A stretch of 64,000 nt of DNA from Schmidtea polychroa (GCA_044892525.1 CM097888.1:39804001-39868000), one strand, 5' to 3'. Positions 42,201 through 55,187 are shown, numbered from the stretch's first letter. The notes: generated by a model from the sequence alone, not told the origin. Program-made: numbers and translations.

Positions 42201-44915
42201 ATTTTATATTCTCACTTTAGGCCTAACATTTAAAATCTTTGTATGTGTGATTAGATTGCGTTTTGGAAAATTGGACTTCACTTGATAGTCTATTATAGTT
42301 AAGATACCCGCAAACGTTCAGTTGATTATACCAGGTTTTTTAGTTAAAGAAACTGAACAATTAGAGTTTTAATGAAACATTAAAGAGTTAACATCAAACG
42401 ATGCCGTCTGATCTGAGTTAATTTTCTTGTTCCTATTTATTAAATATTGTTTTTCGATCTTTAGTTTGCGCTCTTATGTCATCGCTCTATTGTCGTGCGC
42501 TTTTTTGACGGGTCCCCGATCAAGGTTGATAGTGTTTCGAGAATGGCGGATCTTGGGTGCTAAATTTATATGATTCAGTTAGTAATACACGTTGGTATAA
42601 AATCGCACCAGGAGATCACAGATGCAATATCGTCTTCTCGTAAAATCGTAACACATTTCCGACATTCGTCTATAGCTAATGATTTACTTAAACGGATTCA
42701 GAAATCATTTCAACCAGATGCAGCAGGCAACCCAATTCCATACATTGCTTGATAAATGATGTTCCAACGAGATGGAATTCTACGTTTTTTATGCTAGAAC
42801 GTTTATTGGAACAGAAAAAGGCACTGGCTGCATATTATCAAGATAATGACATTAACCTAACTAGTCTTCAGTGGAGTTTATTACGTTATTATTACGTACA
42901 AGGAACGCTAGGACGCCAGTATGATGTCTGCAACAAGTGGAATGATAATTCCAAGCATTCGTGTTCTTAAGATGATTTTGAAAAAAACTTCATCGGATGC
43001 CGAAGATTGTGTAATTAAATTAATGTGTACCACGATGCTTGAAGATATTCGCAGGAGATATTTGAATATTGAAAAAACTAAATGTTATATCTATGGTATT
43101 AGACCCTACTTATAATCTTCGCCTCGCTGACGACGAGATTTCCAAGTTTGCAAAAGAATGGCTTGCTGAGGAGATGGACACTGTGGTTTTAGGTCGAAAA
43201 CCGATCAGTGAAGAGTTAAATGCCGCGACAAAGTCACATTCAGCCGTTTTATCCAATTTGGATAGTTTTTTCGATGATATACTCGAAGAAACACAATCAG
43301 ATTACGGATATTCCAAAACAATTCCATTAAATCTGCAACTCGGCGCATATTTAATGGAAAAATGCTATCCACCACCAGCTGATCCAATAATATTTTGGAA
43401 ATTGCGAAATATTTCATACCCTCAACTTTACGAGGTGGCAAAAAAAGTCTGCGGCACCTACTTCTAGCGTGGTCAGTGAAAGAAAAATAAATAAAACAAA
43501 CAAAAGTTTTACTAAAACAAACTACTTTCTAAATAATCTAAAATGTGTGTAATCTTATTGTAATTAAAAAATGAAAAAAAATAAAAACTTTTTATAAATT
43601 GAATAACTAATAAATATAAGCTAACTATGCATATATCAGAAACATATGAAAAGATCTAATATTTACGAAACATACCTTTTTTGAAATGAGAGTGAAATAC
43701 ATATAACCAACACATGATAAAATTAATTTGAAAAATTCTCTTACATTTAATCTTCCGTAAAATTTACACATGTTACAAAAATCACGAAAAATACACCATG
43801 ACTCGAAAAAAACTATGAGAAAATATATATCCAGAGCAGTGTAAATATTCGATTTGGCTTTGGACTTTGGCATATAGTAGTTTTAAATATTTGTACTTCG
43901 GCAAAAATGGCACTTTGGCTACTCCCTAATATGCATACAATAAAGATCGTGTGGTAATGTGCGATAAATCATTTCCTGAAAGCGCGATAAATCATTTCCA
44001 AATTGTGCGATAACTCCATTCACGAGTTCGAGATTTTGGCGTTGTCGAGGGAGTGGTATGCCCCATAAGTCATAGTGATTCGGAACATTCACTTTTACTT
44101 ATTACTAAAGTTCCCACTTGATCAATGCGCAATTAACAACAATTAACAATACGGTGGCTTTTATCAATCATCATAAGATATTTTCTTTACTGTGATTTTT
44201 CTAGTTAACAAAAAAATGAAAATAAAGGAAATTTATAATGATAGCTAGCAAATTTATAAAGCAAATTTATCGTTTATAAATGAGTTTTGTAATTTATTGA
44301 ATATCAAAAGTAAATGTAATAGAAATTCTTCGATTATATAGCAAAGAGAATTTTATTCGAAGTAGTTTAGCGTTTAAAATACTATTTTTTTAAATCAGAT
44401 GGTCAGTGTTCAACAAGTCCAGCTTTGTGTGAAGAAAATGTTTATTTAATGGGAGAAATCGGTTGTGGATCAACAGGACGAGTTATGCGGGCATTATATG
44501 TGCCAACGCAAGAAGTTATAGCAGTGAAAATAATCGATCTTGATATGGATAGTGAAGATAACATAAAACAACAAATCTTATCAGAGCTAGCCGTATTACG
44601 ATTATCCAAATCATCTCATATCATTGATTTCTACGGTGCCTTTTTTGTGGAGTCCAGTATCTATATTTGTACTCAATTTATGGATGGTTACAGTCTGGAT
44701 CGATATGGAGTTATTGTCGAGAATATTCTCAGCAAACTTCTTATACTTATTATAAATGGACTTGTCTACTTGTGGTCGAATAAAATCATACATCGTGACG
44801 TCAAGCCGTCTAACATGCTCGTCAGCACTAGTGGTCAAGTGAAACTATGTGATTTTGGTATCAGCAAACAATTAATCCACTCAATTGCCAAAACTTACAC
44901 AGGTTTGTGTGCTTA

Positions 44916-44960
<45 letters not shown>

Positions 44961-45361
44961 GAAAGAGATTGTTCTAATCGATATAAAATATTTTCAACGC
45001 GGATTATTTTTAAAATATTAAATCAAAACAAAAAAGACTTTTCATGAATGAGTAATTTTACACCAAATCTGACTTTGATAAAATCGGATTCAGTGAATTG
45101 ATTGATAATAAATATTTGTGTCTATGTAATTATTTATAATTATTGGCTATTATTGAGAATAGCTCAATTGAACGTATCTCATATTTGTTAATGATGGCTA
45201 TTGTCAATATTATCATTGGATTAAGTCTAGCATTTATTAAAATTTGTTTCAAAATTTACTCATTATTAATGACAATCTTTATCAATAGTCAATCATACGA
45301 TTTAGATTTATTTAGTTTAATTTATTATTATTAATTAATCCACTCAATTGCCAAAACTTAC

Positions 45362-45409
<48 letters not shown>

Positions 45410-48400
45410 GCGTTTGATAAAACTAATTTATGATTTTTTGTCAGAATAAAAATGAATAAAATATCATAAAAAAGAAAACAGGTAAAAGATGACCAAAAGA
45501 TTATATTAATTTTACGCTTTTATTATATAATTTATTTAAAATTTTACGATATCTTATAATTTTAATCGACAAAATGATATTTTTATTCAAATATTATCTA
45601 AAATCGATTTTTTATATCTAATGATAATAAAATGAATTAAATTTTATAAATATATTTAACATTTTATTTTATAATTTTACATAAACTTTGATTTTTAAAA
45701 CACAATATGATATTTTAATTCATATTTTATCTCAAAAACATCGACTTTACTCATCGAAACATGTATAATTTTTTCAATTTAACCAAACATTTCTTTTAAA
45801 TTTTCGTTGTCATAATAAACACTTTAATAAAACAAAAAATTCTATACATTGGCTAAATTTGTAATGTGAAAACATTCATAAGTAAATATTTATATTCTCA
45901 ACGGGAAAATATTGATTTAAATCATTAAAATTTATACGCACTTTTCCACCTACTTTGGTACATTCTGCCGGATATTGCTTCAATCTATTCCAGTTTACGA
46001 ATTTCGCAAGTACATTCAATATTTTGAAATTGACGCAAACTTCAATGTTAATGTGACAATTGAAATTTATAACAAAAAGCACAGATTTGTATTAATTGAA
46101 AAATCAATGCTCTCACATACTTCATAACAATACATTGCAATGATCGATTATTTTAATTGCTCATGCATAAACCTTGAAACACTTTGAAACAAGAATACTT
46201 TTCTTAAACCTTAATTTTTTTGTTTTTTTTTATTTGGAAGTCAGAAAATGTAAAATTACAGTAAAATTACAATAAACTATTTTAGAGGAAAATATTTAAT
46301 TTATCTTGTTTTTATTATGAATAGCAAATATAACAAGACACTTAATTCTGAACTCTTTCAGTTTTAGTCTATAACATTAGACTTTAACATTCTGTTTTGG
46401 AATGCATTTTTTTTATTATACAAGCTTCTTCTCTCATAACATGCTACATTAAATCAAAAGAGAATATAAGCAAAGTTGATAATTTTTTCTGAAAAGGATA
46501 AATATAATTTCAATGCACTCGTTACGATATATATTTCCAGATATGGGCACCGGCTAATGCTAAAAGTGTGAATATCTGATATCTTTTGAAGAAATAGCTG
46601 GATACTTCTTTTTCTGCTAGAATTTCTTAATCTAGATTGCTTTAAAGAAAAAATAAATCGTCATCCATAATTAATATATTTCTTGCAATATATACCTATT
46701 TACCAGATTTAGTCAAAAGTTATTCATGTTTTTTAGTTATTTAAAGTTATTGTTTTACCATATCATTTAAGCAACATATTTATGTGCATAATTTGGTATC
46801 ATTTTAAAGACCATGAAAAGGAGTATACAACTGGACTTTAAAAATTACAATTTTAAAATTCCATTTAGTTATTTTTAAATTTTAGAATGATTGTAGAAAA
46901 ATCAGTAATTCGTCATTATAATTCGACATTATTGAAAAAATGGACTAAAATAGCAGTTGTGACTAGAGAAATCTGCATCGTTGATTGCAAAGATGTACTC
47001 AAGGAAAATACAGCTCAGTGGTGGTTTCGTCACTTTAATCAGTAATTCGTGTCATTACGATATTATTGGAAAAATGTTTTAAAACAGCAGCTGTGACTAG
47101 ATAAATCAACAACGTTGATGGCAAAAATGTGTTCAATGAAAATACAACTCAGTGGTGGTTTCGTCGCTTTAATCAGTAATTCGTGTCTTATTACGACATT
47201 GGAAAAATGGCCTAAAACAGCATCTGTGACTAGATAAATCTACGGCGTTGATGGCAAAGATGTGGTCAAGGAAAATACAGCTCAGTGGTGGTTTCGTCGC
47301 TTTAATCAGGGAGATACAAGTGTTGAAGACCAGGAACATTCAGGTCGCCCATCAGTGGTGAATAAAGAAAAGTTTCGTGCCCTTTTAGAGCAGCAGCCTA
47401 GTACTAGAACTCGCAAGCTGCCAGATGACCTCTTTCATTCTCAAAACGCTATTGTTCGTCATCTCTATTACATAGGTTTTGTAAATAAAAATCCCCTCCG
47501 AGTTCCACAAATTTACAAATATTCAAGAACAACGTCAAATTAATCATTGCCGCAAATTACTCGATTTGTTTACCCCATTATTATTAGTCTTCGCATTGAA
47601 ATGATTGACAGCACATTGTTTTTGTCTTTGCTGACCTTATTAAAAGTACAGATCACACTTTGTGGCTTTAAGTTTGAAATATCTATAAAAATGAAATGCT
47701 AGAGTAAATTCAGTTACAACGGTTAGCTATAAATAAACGCTGACGCTATTGTCTAGTTTTACCATTGTTATCTTGCAATATAGGCAGTTAAAAAGATGGT
47801 TGCAATTTTATTCGAATACCCGCTGTTTGCAAATTGTATGTCCAATTTTTTACATAACTGGAAATTACAGTTTCGAACGTAAAAAAAGTCATTCCACATA
47901 GAATGCAACAATTGGTATTAAAGGGGGAATTCCTTCCGGAAAAAATCAAACCCTACTAGGCTGCATACGAATATTTTTCTATTTATGATTTTGAAAATAT
48001 TCTAGTTGATCAATTATTTTTTTATAATGAATTTTTTCAAGGAACTGTTGCCTTTATGTCTCCTGAAAGGCTGAGAGGAGACTTTTATAGGCTGTCATCT
48101 GATGTGTGGAGTTTAGGAATCAGTATCTATATTCTCGGAACTGGAAACCATCCATTTATTGATTTAACTCTACCGTCAACTCCCGCTATGATCATGAACA
48201 GCATATTCGTATCTAGTAATAATAACTTTTATTCTGCTCTATTGTCCAATGAGATGCAAAGCTTCATTGGAAATTGTTTAAATAAAGATCCTAGTCAAAG
48301 GTTTGATCCAACATCCATTACGCAGCACCCAATTTATCAGAAACATTCCGGTAACCATGCTGCCATCCTATCGCAATGGGTATCCGATCATAGCCATTGA
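36224..48400 (+). CDS. MAP2K5: Dual-specificity MAP kinase kinase 5 (MEK5): PB1 + kinase, 3 resolved exons
   Basis: Exon 36224-36761 (PB1: FEYLDEDDDNVVVSCEE..FSYY), exon 44399-44902 (IAVKII..KQQILSEL..FYGAFFVE..HRDVKPSNMLV..VKLCDFGISKQLIHSIAKTYT), exon 48042-48400 (GTVAFMSPER..SDVWSLGIS). All junctions GT-AG, phase 1. An extra exon in the 36780-37050 gap cannot be excluded. Confidence 0.92.
36780..37050. other. Assembly gap (N run)
   Basis: Run of N in MAP2K5 intron 1. Confidence 0.99.
37500..38240 (+). repeat. 23-bp minisatellite (catttcctaaaagcgcgatatct), about 32 copies
   Basis: Head-to-tail units with 23-nt periodicity and scattered gcgc>gcgt variants. No spacers. Confidence 0.97.
38339..40822 (-). 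mobile_element. hAT Buster-family DNA transposon (ZBED5/ZBED8/SCAND3-like), full length, 3' frameshifts
   Basis: Perfect 16-bp TIRs CAGTGGTACGCAAACT. TSD ATCTAGAT/GTCTAGAT with central TA. ORF 40285-38885 has a BED finger (CLIC..SMVPSKLHQHLETKH), LQIDESTD, VCTDGAPAM, HCMIHRE, HTEVRWLSKG. The C-terminus (LLPFGSSYLCEFGFSAL..HSSH*) continues out of frame to ~38465. Confidence 0.95.
41361..43928 (+). mobile_element. Decayed Ac-type hAT element (ZBED1/ZBED4-like)
   Basis: BED finger (IWNFF..ANCLIC), CFTSDMWTA..FLSLTAHWI, DNESSMIKA, RKIVTHFRHS, NDVPTRWNSTFFMLERLLEQK, DPIIFWK..YPQLYEVAKK across several frames. Right end ..GGCTACTCCCTA (43928) looks like an Ac-type TIR. Left TIR not found. Confidence 0.85.
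42076..42560. mobile_element. About 485-bp non-coding insertion interrupting the Ac-type transposase
   Basis: Transposase homology stops after DNESSMIKA and resumes at ~42570. The insert has short inverted termini GCACCC...GGGTGC. Boundaries approximate. Confidence 0.45.
43959..44015 (+). repeat. 2-3 degenerate copies of the 23-bp minisatellite unit
   Basis: gcgataaatcatttcctgaaagcgcgataaatcatttcc matches the 37500-38240 unit in the same orientation. Confidence 0.7.
44916..44958 (+). repeat. (ATT)n microsatellite; a second (ATT)n tract lies at ~45362-45408
   Basis: Direct reading of the sequence. Confidence 0.9.
46906..47543 (+). mobile_element. Mariner (Mos1-like) transposase 5' relic with the HTH-coding segment tandemly triplicated
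   Basis: Three ~135-bp units start at 46906, 47043 and 47177, each ending tggtggtttcgtc.ctttaatcag. The last continues as KENTAQWWFRRFNQGDTSVEDQEHSGRP. Confidence 0.85.
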
Positions 48401-49105
48401 TTCGATGCTTTGGTAACCAATGTGAAGATTTGAGATTTATAGAATGGAGTTTTCATTATTGTTATTTTCATAATAAAATGCGACAGATTTTCTATTATTA
48501 AACTTTTTGTTTCAATTATTGATTATTAATTAACCTTTTATTATTATTGTTAATATTATTTATTTTTATTGATTATTATACACCCAACTCTTTTTTTACA
48601 CGGTAGATACGTTCGAACGAAAATCGTGTAAAAAAGACATGTTAACCATAGTAAAATTGAGGATGTGTTCTACAATTATAGCAAACCGTGTAAAATAGAA
48701 AAAGGAACCATTAGTTCTTAAAAACCGTGCAAAAAAATAGTAAATCTTGAAACCATATTATATAAGTTTTAGAAAATATAATCCATACAAGTTTTTATTA
48801 AAAATAGATAATAATAGTAATTTTTGTCCATATGTAAAAAACAAATAAAATTTTAGTTCATAAATACATATAAATTAAATTCAAATTGGAAATATAAGTC
48901 TTATTTAGCAACTAATATTTATTATCACTACTTTATAATAAGCGTACACGACTAAAATTTCTTTACTCACATAGGTGTACCAAATCTGATATTGGTTTTC
49001 TTATGATAAAATCTGTTATAAGCTGCTGGGTTTTTGCTTTTTTAGCTTCCTTATAAAGTTCTTGATAGCCAGCCATACAAACCTGTAAATTCCGTTGGAA
49101 TTTTA

Positions 49106-49624
49106 ATGCACGCTCATTTTAATTCATTCATTCCTGCTGCTGGTGTAATTGAGGCATTCGAAGACCTCGTTGAAAATGAATGTTTACCCGAAGAAGCGAT
49201 AGTAATTGCCAATTATTTCGAAGATAATTATATAGGGAGAAGACAAAGACGTAGACGACAATTACCTATTTTCCCCATAGAACTAAGGAATGTTTATAAG
49301 GAACGCTTAATGACCAACGGCGCACAAGCGACGACGTTGAGGGATGGCACAGGGGATTTCATGAAACGTGTCACATTTTTTCCGAACCCCTACAAATTCA
49401 TAGAACCCTTGAAGAAACATCAAGCATTACAGGATATGGAAATCATACAATTGATTGCCAGTAATCCCACAAGGCGTAACAAAAAATATGCAACCATTTC
49501 TAAGCGTATTAAAAATATTGTTGAAGATTACGAAATTCGTAATAAAATTGATTATCTTCAAGGTATTATTAAAAGCCATTTTGTTTTATACTGTTATTAT
49601 AATCAAAATAAAATAATAAGATAA
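49106..49624 (+). mobile_element. Mutator/MULE transposase C-terminal fragment
   Basis: EAFEDL..IANYFEDNYIGRRQRRRRQLPIFPIELRNVY..FIEPLKKHQ..KKY..RIKNIVEDY..IDYLQGI is the typical animal MULE C-terminus. Confidence 0.8.
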
Positions 49625-50281
49625 AAAATAAAACCGTTGGTTATTGCATTATTATTCTTATATTCTATTTTAACAATAAAATAGTTATATTTACCGAATT
49701 TCTCTATAGGAAATATATCATACAATATACACTATATTCAAACTTCATTATTAATTATATTTATTCTTTTAATATAATAAATAAATCGAAATTGTCACAA
49801 ATATGTTATAACGAGGGCGAAAATTCCGTAAACCATTCAATACAAATCACTCTCTTTTCATCCTATATATATTTATTCTATTAGAACACAGTCGAAATAT
49901 TTTTAAAAATCTTAAAAAATAAAAATTGAAAATGAGCAGAAAAATTTTCTAAGACATTTTAGTGTTTGGATTTTTGATCTTGGTGACCTTCGACTTTTGT
50001 GAAACCTTTTAAGGTATGGTCAAACATGTTCTCCATGATGGTGCCGATCTGTTAAATCATTTATTAGAAAATCAAAATTTTTGACCCTTTGAAGGTTTTG
50101 ACACACCATAATTAAACACTCTAAGGTATAAGTGGCGCCATAATGTAGATTACAAAGAATTCAATCAATCACCAAAAATTTGGTTATCCGTCGACATGAC
50201 TTTAATTTAAAAAATATTATTTTTAGATTTTGACCGTCCATAAAAACTGTTTGGTTTTTATTATTTTTATTTTTAATAATA

Positions 50282-51281
50282 AGTCGGTTCTCTCTCTGAC
50301 TCCTCGTGTTCTTAATCAAACAATTAAGTCGAAACCCAGCACAGAATAACTTTATTTAATTTCAATCAAATTATAATTTGTCACTATATTTGCACATTTT
50401 GCTCAAAATAATTATCACTCGATAAGGTAGATAACCCCAGGGCAATCACCTTTTCTAATACAAGAACAAAACTTTTTTCGATTTACTATTGTTGGGCTAA
50501 AACGTGGAGTTTCGAAAACTGGAGCGAATAGAAAAGTAATCCTTGAAAAATAAACGAAATAAAATAAAAATATAAAGTACCATAAAATTCTCACTAATAA
50601 ATCAAAAAAGAACAATAAAATATCAATAAGAGAATAAGAATAAGTAAAACAAACTAAATAAAACCCAATAAACCCCTTAAGATTTGGAAATAAAGCGATT
50701 TAGGACCCAGCAGATGAAATAGAATAGAATAAGTAAAAAAGTGACAACAAATAAACGAGAAATTTAAGAAATAAATAAAAATAAAACTATCTGTAAGTCT
50801 AATTAAAACAAAAAATTATATTACAATAAAGTAGCAATAAATCCACAGGAAAAATAGGAGGAAAATAATAAAAATAAGAAAATAAATAAAATAATAATAA
50901 GAAATAAGTTAAGTCATTAAAATCTAATATATTATAATAAAAAAAAACATAAAAATAATAATAAATAGTAAAAATACAAACAAGTCGTGTCCTGATTGGA
51001 CGAAAAATAATATATAAGGAACGGAAAATATCTGTAGAGTACCACTTTTAAAAAATATTCTACAGGTAAACTTTGGTTCGTTATTAGACCACTTTTAAAA
51101 AATATTCTACAGACTTGACAGATTTCGGAACCTTTAATTAGCCTACAGCGAACTAGTTCAGAGATTTCCAAACCAAGCCGAGGAAGGAATATATAGAGGC
51201 CAAATTTCAAATCCATTCGGGAAAAATCTTAAATTCAACCGATTTAACTTCAGTTTTCGAAACTCAAGGTATGCCTCGACA
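50282..51281 (-). mobile_element. Putative LTR (about 1 kb)
   Basis: Minus strand starts TGTCG and ends CGAC(T), with AATAAA near the 3' end. An internal 25-bp direct repeat lies at 51041-51065/51088-51112. The 3' part resembles 35400-35500. No clear PPT or TSD. Confidence 0.35.
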
Positions 51282-51369
51282 GTTGTTGTATTTTATGGTT
51301 ATTAGTTTGATTTCGTTAATTATTATAAATATAATAAAACAATTTCATATAATAAATTTATTTAAATGA

Positions 51370-52852
51370 AAAGTTGCCTTTCTTCATGGTACCGGCGACT
51401 GTACCATCTGAGAACTCCCAGTATGATGTGGACGAGTTGGGATTGCACTGCAGTAGAGGACACCACCGTGAAAAGGTTGGTATGCATAAGAAATCACGAA
51501 CATGCTGAAAGGAGAATGTGATATTTGTAGAGAGTGATATTTGTCATATTAGAGATCCTCCAAGGAGACGATGAGATTTCGATTACGTAGGATGAGCAAC
51601 ATCATACTTGGAGTCCAAATGGTATGGTCGCCGGGTAAATTTTCTTTATGCATTTTTCTATCATTCAGTTTGATTATTGTATTGTTGATTTGATTGAATG
51701 GAAACGAGTTGATTGGTCCCTCATGACGGTGCAAGGAGGTGGCAGCAATGAATGCCTTCTTGGGTGTGTCGTGAGGGGTGAAGAAAACTCAGTAGGTGGA
51801 ACATCCAGTTAATAAATGACAGTTCCTTCATCAAGCGCGATCGTCTATAGAGCGTACCATCGGTTCGTTTAGTCAAATCGAGATGTCCAGTAGTTGTAGA
51901 GATGATTTAAATTCCGAATGCAGACAATTCAGAGCGATATAGGCAGTGACGTTCGTACAGATTCGATAATAATCCACATAGATAGGAGAAAAATTCTTTT
52001 CCGTGATATTCAGCCGGTCGATCGACGTAGTTAGGAAAGAGCAGTGTTGACCATAGATTGCAAGTAAATCCAACGATTTTTCGGTGACGCTCTGTGTTTG
52101 CAAGGTTCTGTCTGATTTGCGCCGTCACGACGTTAGCGGTTGCATCCATCGTCGATGTACTCTTACGATTTAATTGTCGTCCGTGAGTCGCCAAGGCCAG
52201 TGATAAAAAATCTCTCGCTGACAGGGAAGTAAACATCTTGCAGGGAAATTATCAAAATTCTTACTTCGAGCTCGCAGACAGTAGTTGTCAACGATAACGA
52301 AATCAGTTGATTTACATTAGCCTGCGTAGAGTTAGTCGACAGGAGATATCTGATAATGTCCTGGAGAAAGAGATAACATGTTAGTTTTTCTGGGAAAATG
52401 TCAAATGGATAAGCTGATAGTCATTGATCTGAATTAATATCGTAAAAGGAAATTAGATGATAATGTTGAGCTTACCCAATAATCTACGAAATTGTCGCCC
52501 ACTCAGATTGATAAATCTGATTTTCCGATTCACCTACGGCTGCTTATTTGAGGAATCTATTACGCAACCACTATTATTCCGACTTGAGCATGCACATACC
52601 CACGCACCACAGTCAAGTCTACTTAGGGCAGTTTAAAGTAAATACACAATTTTTGGTGATGTAATAGCGGCATGATAATGTAAACTTTGCTAGAACAGCG
52701 AGACAATAAGATGAAGTAAAGGAATGGATTTCCCCTACACAACCCGATATATAATAATTACTCACAACAGCATAAACCATCATTCGCGGTGATAGCCAAC
52801 ATACAGTTACAGATACCACCAGGAGTAATGACACACTTACACATTCAATCAT
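51370..52852 (-). pseudogene. Decayed ORF with signal-peptide-like N-terminus, possibly an envelope/glycoprotein relic
   Basis: GC-richer than the flanks. Hydrophobic start MIECVSVSLLLVVSVTVC, Cys-containing fragments, many stops and frameshifts. No family motif recognised with certainty. Confidence 0.3.
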
Positions 52853-53422
52853 AATGCATAATCACAAGTGAACGTTTTCCATGACGACGATTTCGACGCG
52901 TTATTTGAATTAATTAGATGTAGATTTAGAGCAGAATTTTCAACTGATTACGTGATCAATTCCATAATTTTGAACGAGATAAAAACATAAACAATCTATT
53001 CCGTCGCCGTGAATTATTTCTCTGTAATTTTAGGCACGCCTACATCGACGGATTGCCATAATGATATCGGCAAATCTTTAAATAAAATATACTAAGGAGA
53101 ACATGGTTGAAGGGAATAAAGTAAAAGACGAGTTTTACCTGGGGATGGTCCCATCCGAAAATAAACCCAAAGGGCGAGGTTTATGTAGAGAGAATTTTGT
53201 GTACGAATCCCCGTTTCCTTTTCTTAATTTACACGAATCCGGTGAAGAGATTTGAATGTTTGCAACTGAATGACTGCGTATAGAGATGGATGAAGAAGTG
53301 TGTGGGTCATCGTTGGGTGGTATGCTTGATAAACTCCAAAGCCACGCTCAAAAATTTGATTATTCTTTTTCTCACTGATAGAGGTTTTCCCGAGTGAATA
53401 TAAACAATGATTGATTTTCTAG

Positions 53423-54184
53423 ATGGCTACATCGTCCAACAACGCCAAAGGACTTCACCCGTGTTTTTCTTGTGCGGACAAGAACGCGGATATCGCCCAA
53501 CTGCATTTATATATCGGGGCTCTCAAAAAGAGAATTGATCTCTATGAAGGAACGTGGTTCTCCCCGCCACAAATGAAAGAGGAACGCAAGAAAATTCTCC
53601 GATTAGAGCATTGCAGGGACAGCCTGCTAGAGGAAAGTCGTTGCCAGCGGCTCACCATCAAAGCGCAGTCAGAAGCCCTCCATAAGGTATATACGGAGGC
53701 AGAATTGGCTAAGCGGGTGCGAGAATTCCCCGTTCTGGATGGGATGAATATCTTTCCCCTTCACCACCAGTCTTCTACATCTTCCAGCTCGAACTGTCTG
53801 GGGCACGGCTCACAACTGCCGCCCATTCCAGCCCCGGTGTTGTCAAGTCACCAGCCAAAGACAGGTGGACCTACCGATTCCATCTTAGCTTCAACCTCGG
53901 TAGCACCAATCGACATCACGAACGCAGGAAACCCCCAGACTACCCGCAAACGGAAACGGCCAACTCGAGCCGAGAAGAACCAAAAACGCCGAGCTGCGAT
54001 GACAGCACTCGAGACGTCCTTATCAGCGGCGAAATCAAAAATCCAAGAGATAACGTCCTCCCATTCAATCCCCTCGAAGGAAGTTTTCCGCATCGTTCCA
54101 GCTGAGGGCATCAAGTACATTGTAGATAGCCGATTACCGGTCGACATAGATGAGATACTGGCCGATGGAGATAACTTTGTTTAA
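53423..54184 (+). CDS. Uncharacterised 253-aa protein: CxxC, coiled coil, Ser/Pro-rich linker, basic NLS-like stretch
   Basis: Intact intronless ORF containing CFSC and RKRKRPTRAEKNQKRR. AATAAA follows at ~54315. Confidence 0.6.
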   Translation: MATSSNNAKGLHPCFSCADKNADIAQLHLYIGALKKRIDLYEGTWFSPPQMKEERKKILRLEHCRDSLLEESRCQRLTIKAQSEALHKVYTEAELAKRVREFPVLDGMNIFPLHHQSSTSSSSNCLGHGSQLPPIPAPVLSSHQPKTGGPTDSILASTSVAPIDITNAGNPQTTRKRKRPTRAEKNQKRRAAMTALETSLSAAKSKIQEITSSHSIPSKEVFRIVPAEGIKYIVDSRLPVDIDEILADGDNFV

Positions 54185-55187
54185 CGTGACGTACAATTGA
54201 GCTTGATTTCCTCTCCATTGAGTTGTAAATTACCTTGTGAATTATGCTAATGTTATATATTTTTGACTGCTGTTGATCTGTTAGTGGTAATGATATTTTT
54301 ATTGTTTCAGTGTCAATAAAATTTTCTGTTTGTTTTCAGTTTTGTCGAGCTTTCATATATTTGTTTGTGCAATTAGAGTAGATGAGATAACGCTGCGGAA
54401 TGAAAGTAATTAGAGTTGAAAGTCGTTCCTTTGGACCAGGATCGGACCAAGTGACACGCATGTATGTGGGTAAGTCCTTCTAAGGCACCGTAGGACCCGA
54501 ACCGAGAAAGGGTTAGGAGTAGTCCTAAGGCAGGGGCTCACCTGCTAACCTTTTCCGACCCGTGTGAGCAGCACCAACATGGAACATCACCATGGGCTCA
54601 TATGTGGGAATATGCAATCAGTCATTTGGAGTATGTGTAGAAAATGTATAACGGAGCCATGATGCTTGATAGGTGTGATGGAAAGGCATGTATAATTTTC
54701 TTTTCTTCTCCACATACGCCAACATGATTTTTGGGGGCTCAGCCGGGATTCATATATTGATTTGTTTGATTGTCTAATTTTGTGTTATGATGTGTTAGAT
54801 TAACAATTTAATTAATTATGATAAAAATGGAATCGGGGCTGAAACGAATTATAGTGCAATAAAATGATACGAACTGTCTGAGTTTGAAATAGAGCATGTG
54901 GTGAATGAAACGAACCTAAAGGAGTTGGAATGAATGTGATGAAGTATGATGAGAAAGGAAAAACGGGAATTGGTTATTGAGATTAATTTTAACTGGTTAA
55001 AATAAAAAGGGGGACGAAAGAAAGTAAGTGATTAAAGCAAAAAGATGAAAGGGGAATTTCAAAGATCGAATAAAATACAAAAGTTAAAACACTAAAGCAT
55101 AAAAGTCAACGAATATTAAATACAAACATAATAATATTAATTTTAATATCAGTAGCAACAAAATAATAACAACACATTCATTTAGAT

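Noticed and set aside
38258-44077. Possible Transib-like termini (CACTATAG... / ...CATAGTG)
   Set aside because: Only about 6 bp match, there is no 5-bp TSD and no Transib transposase remnant.
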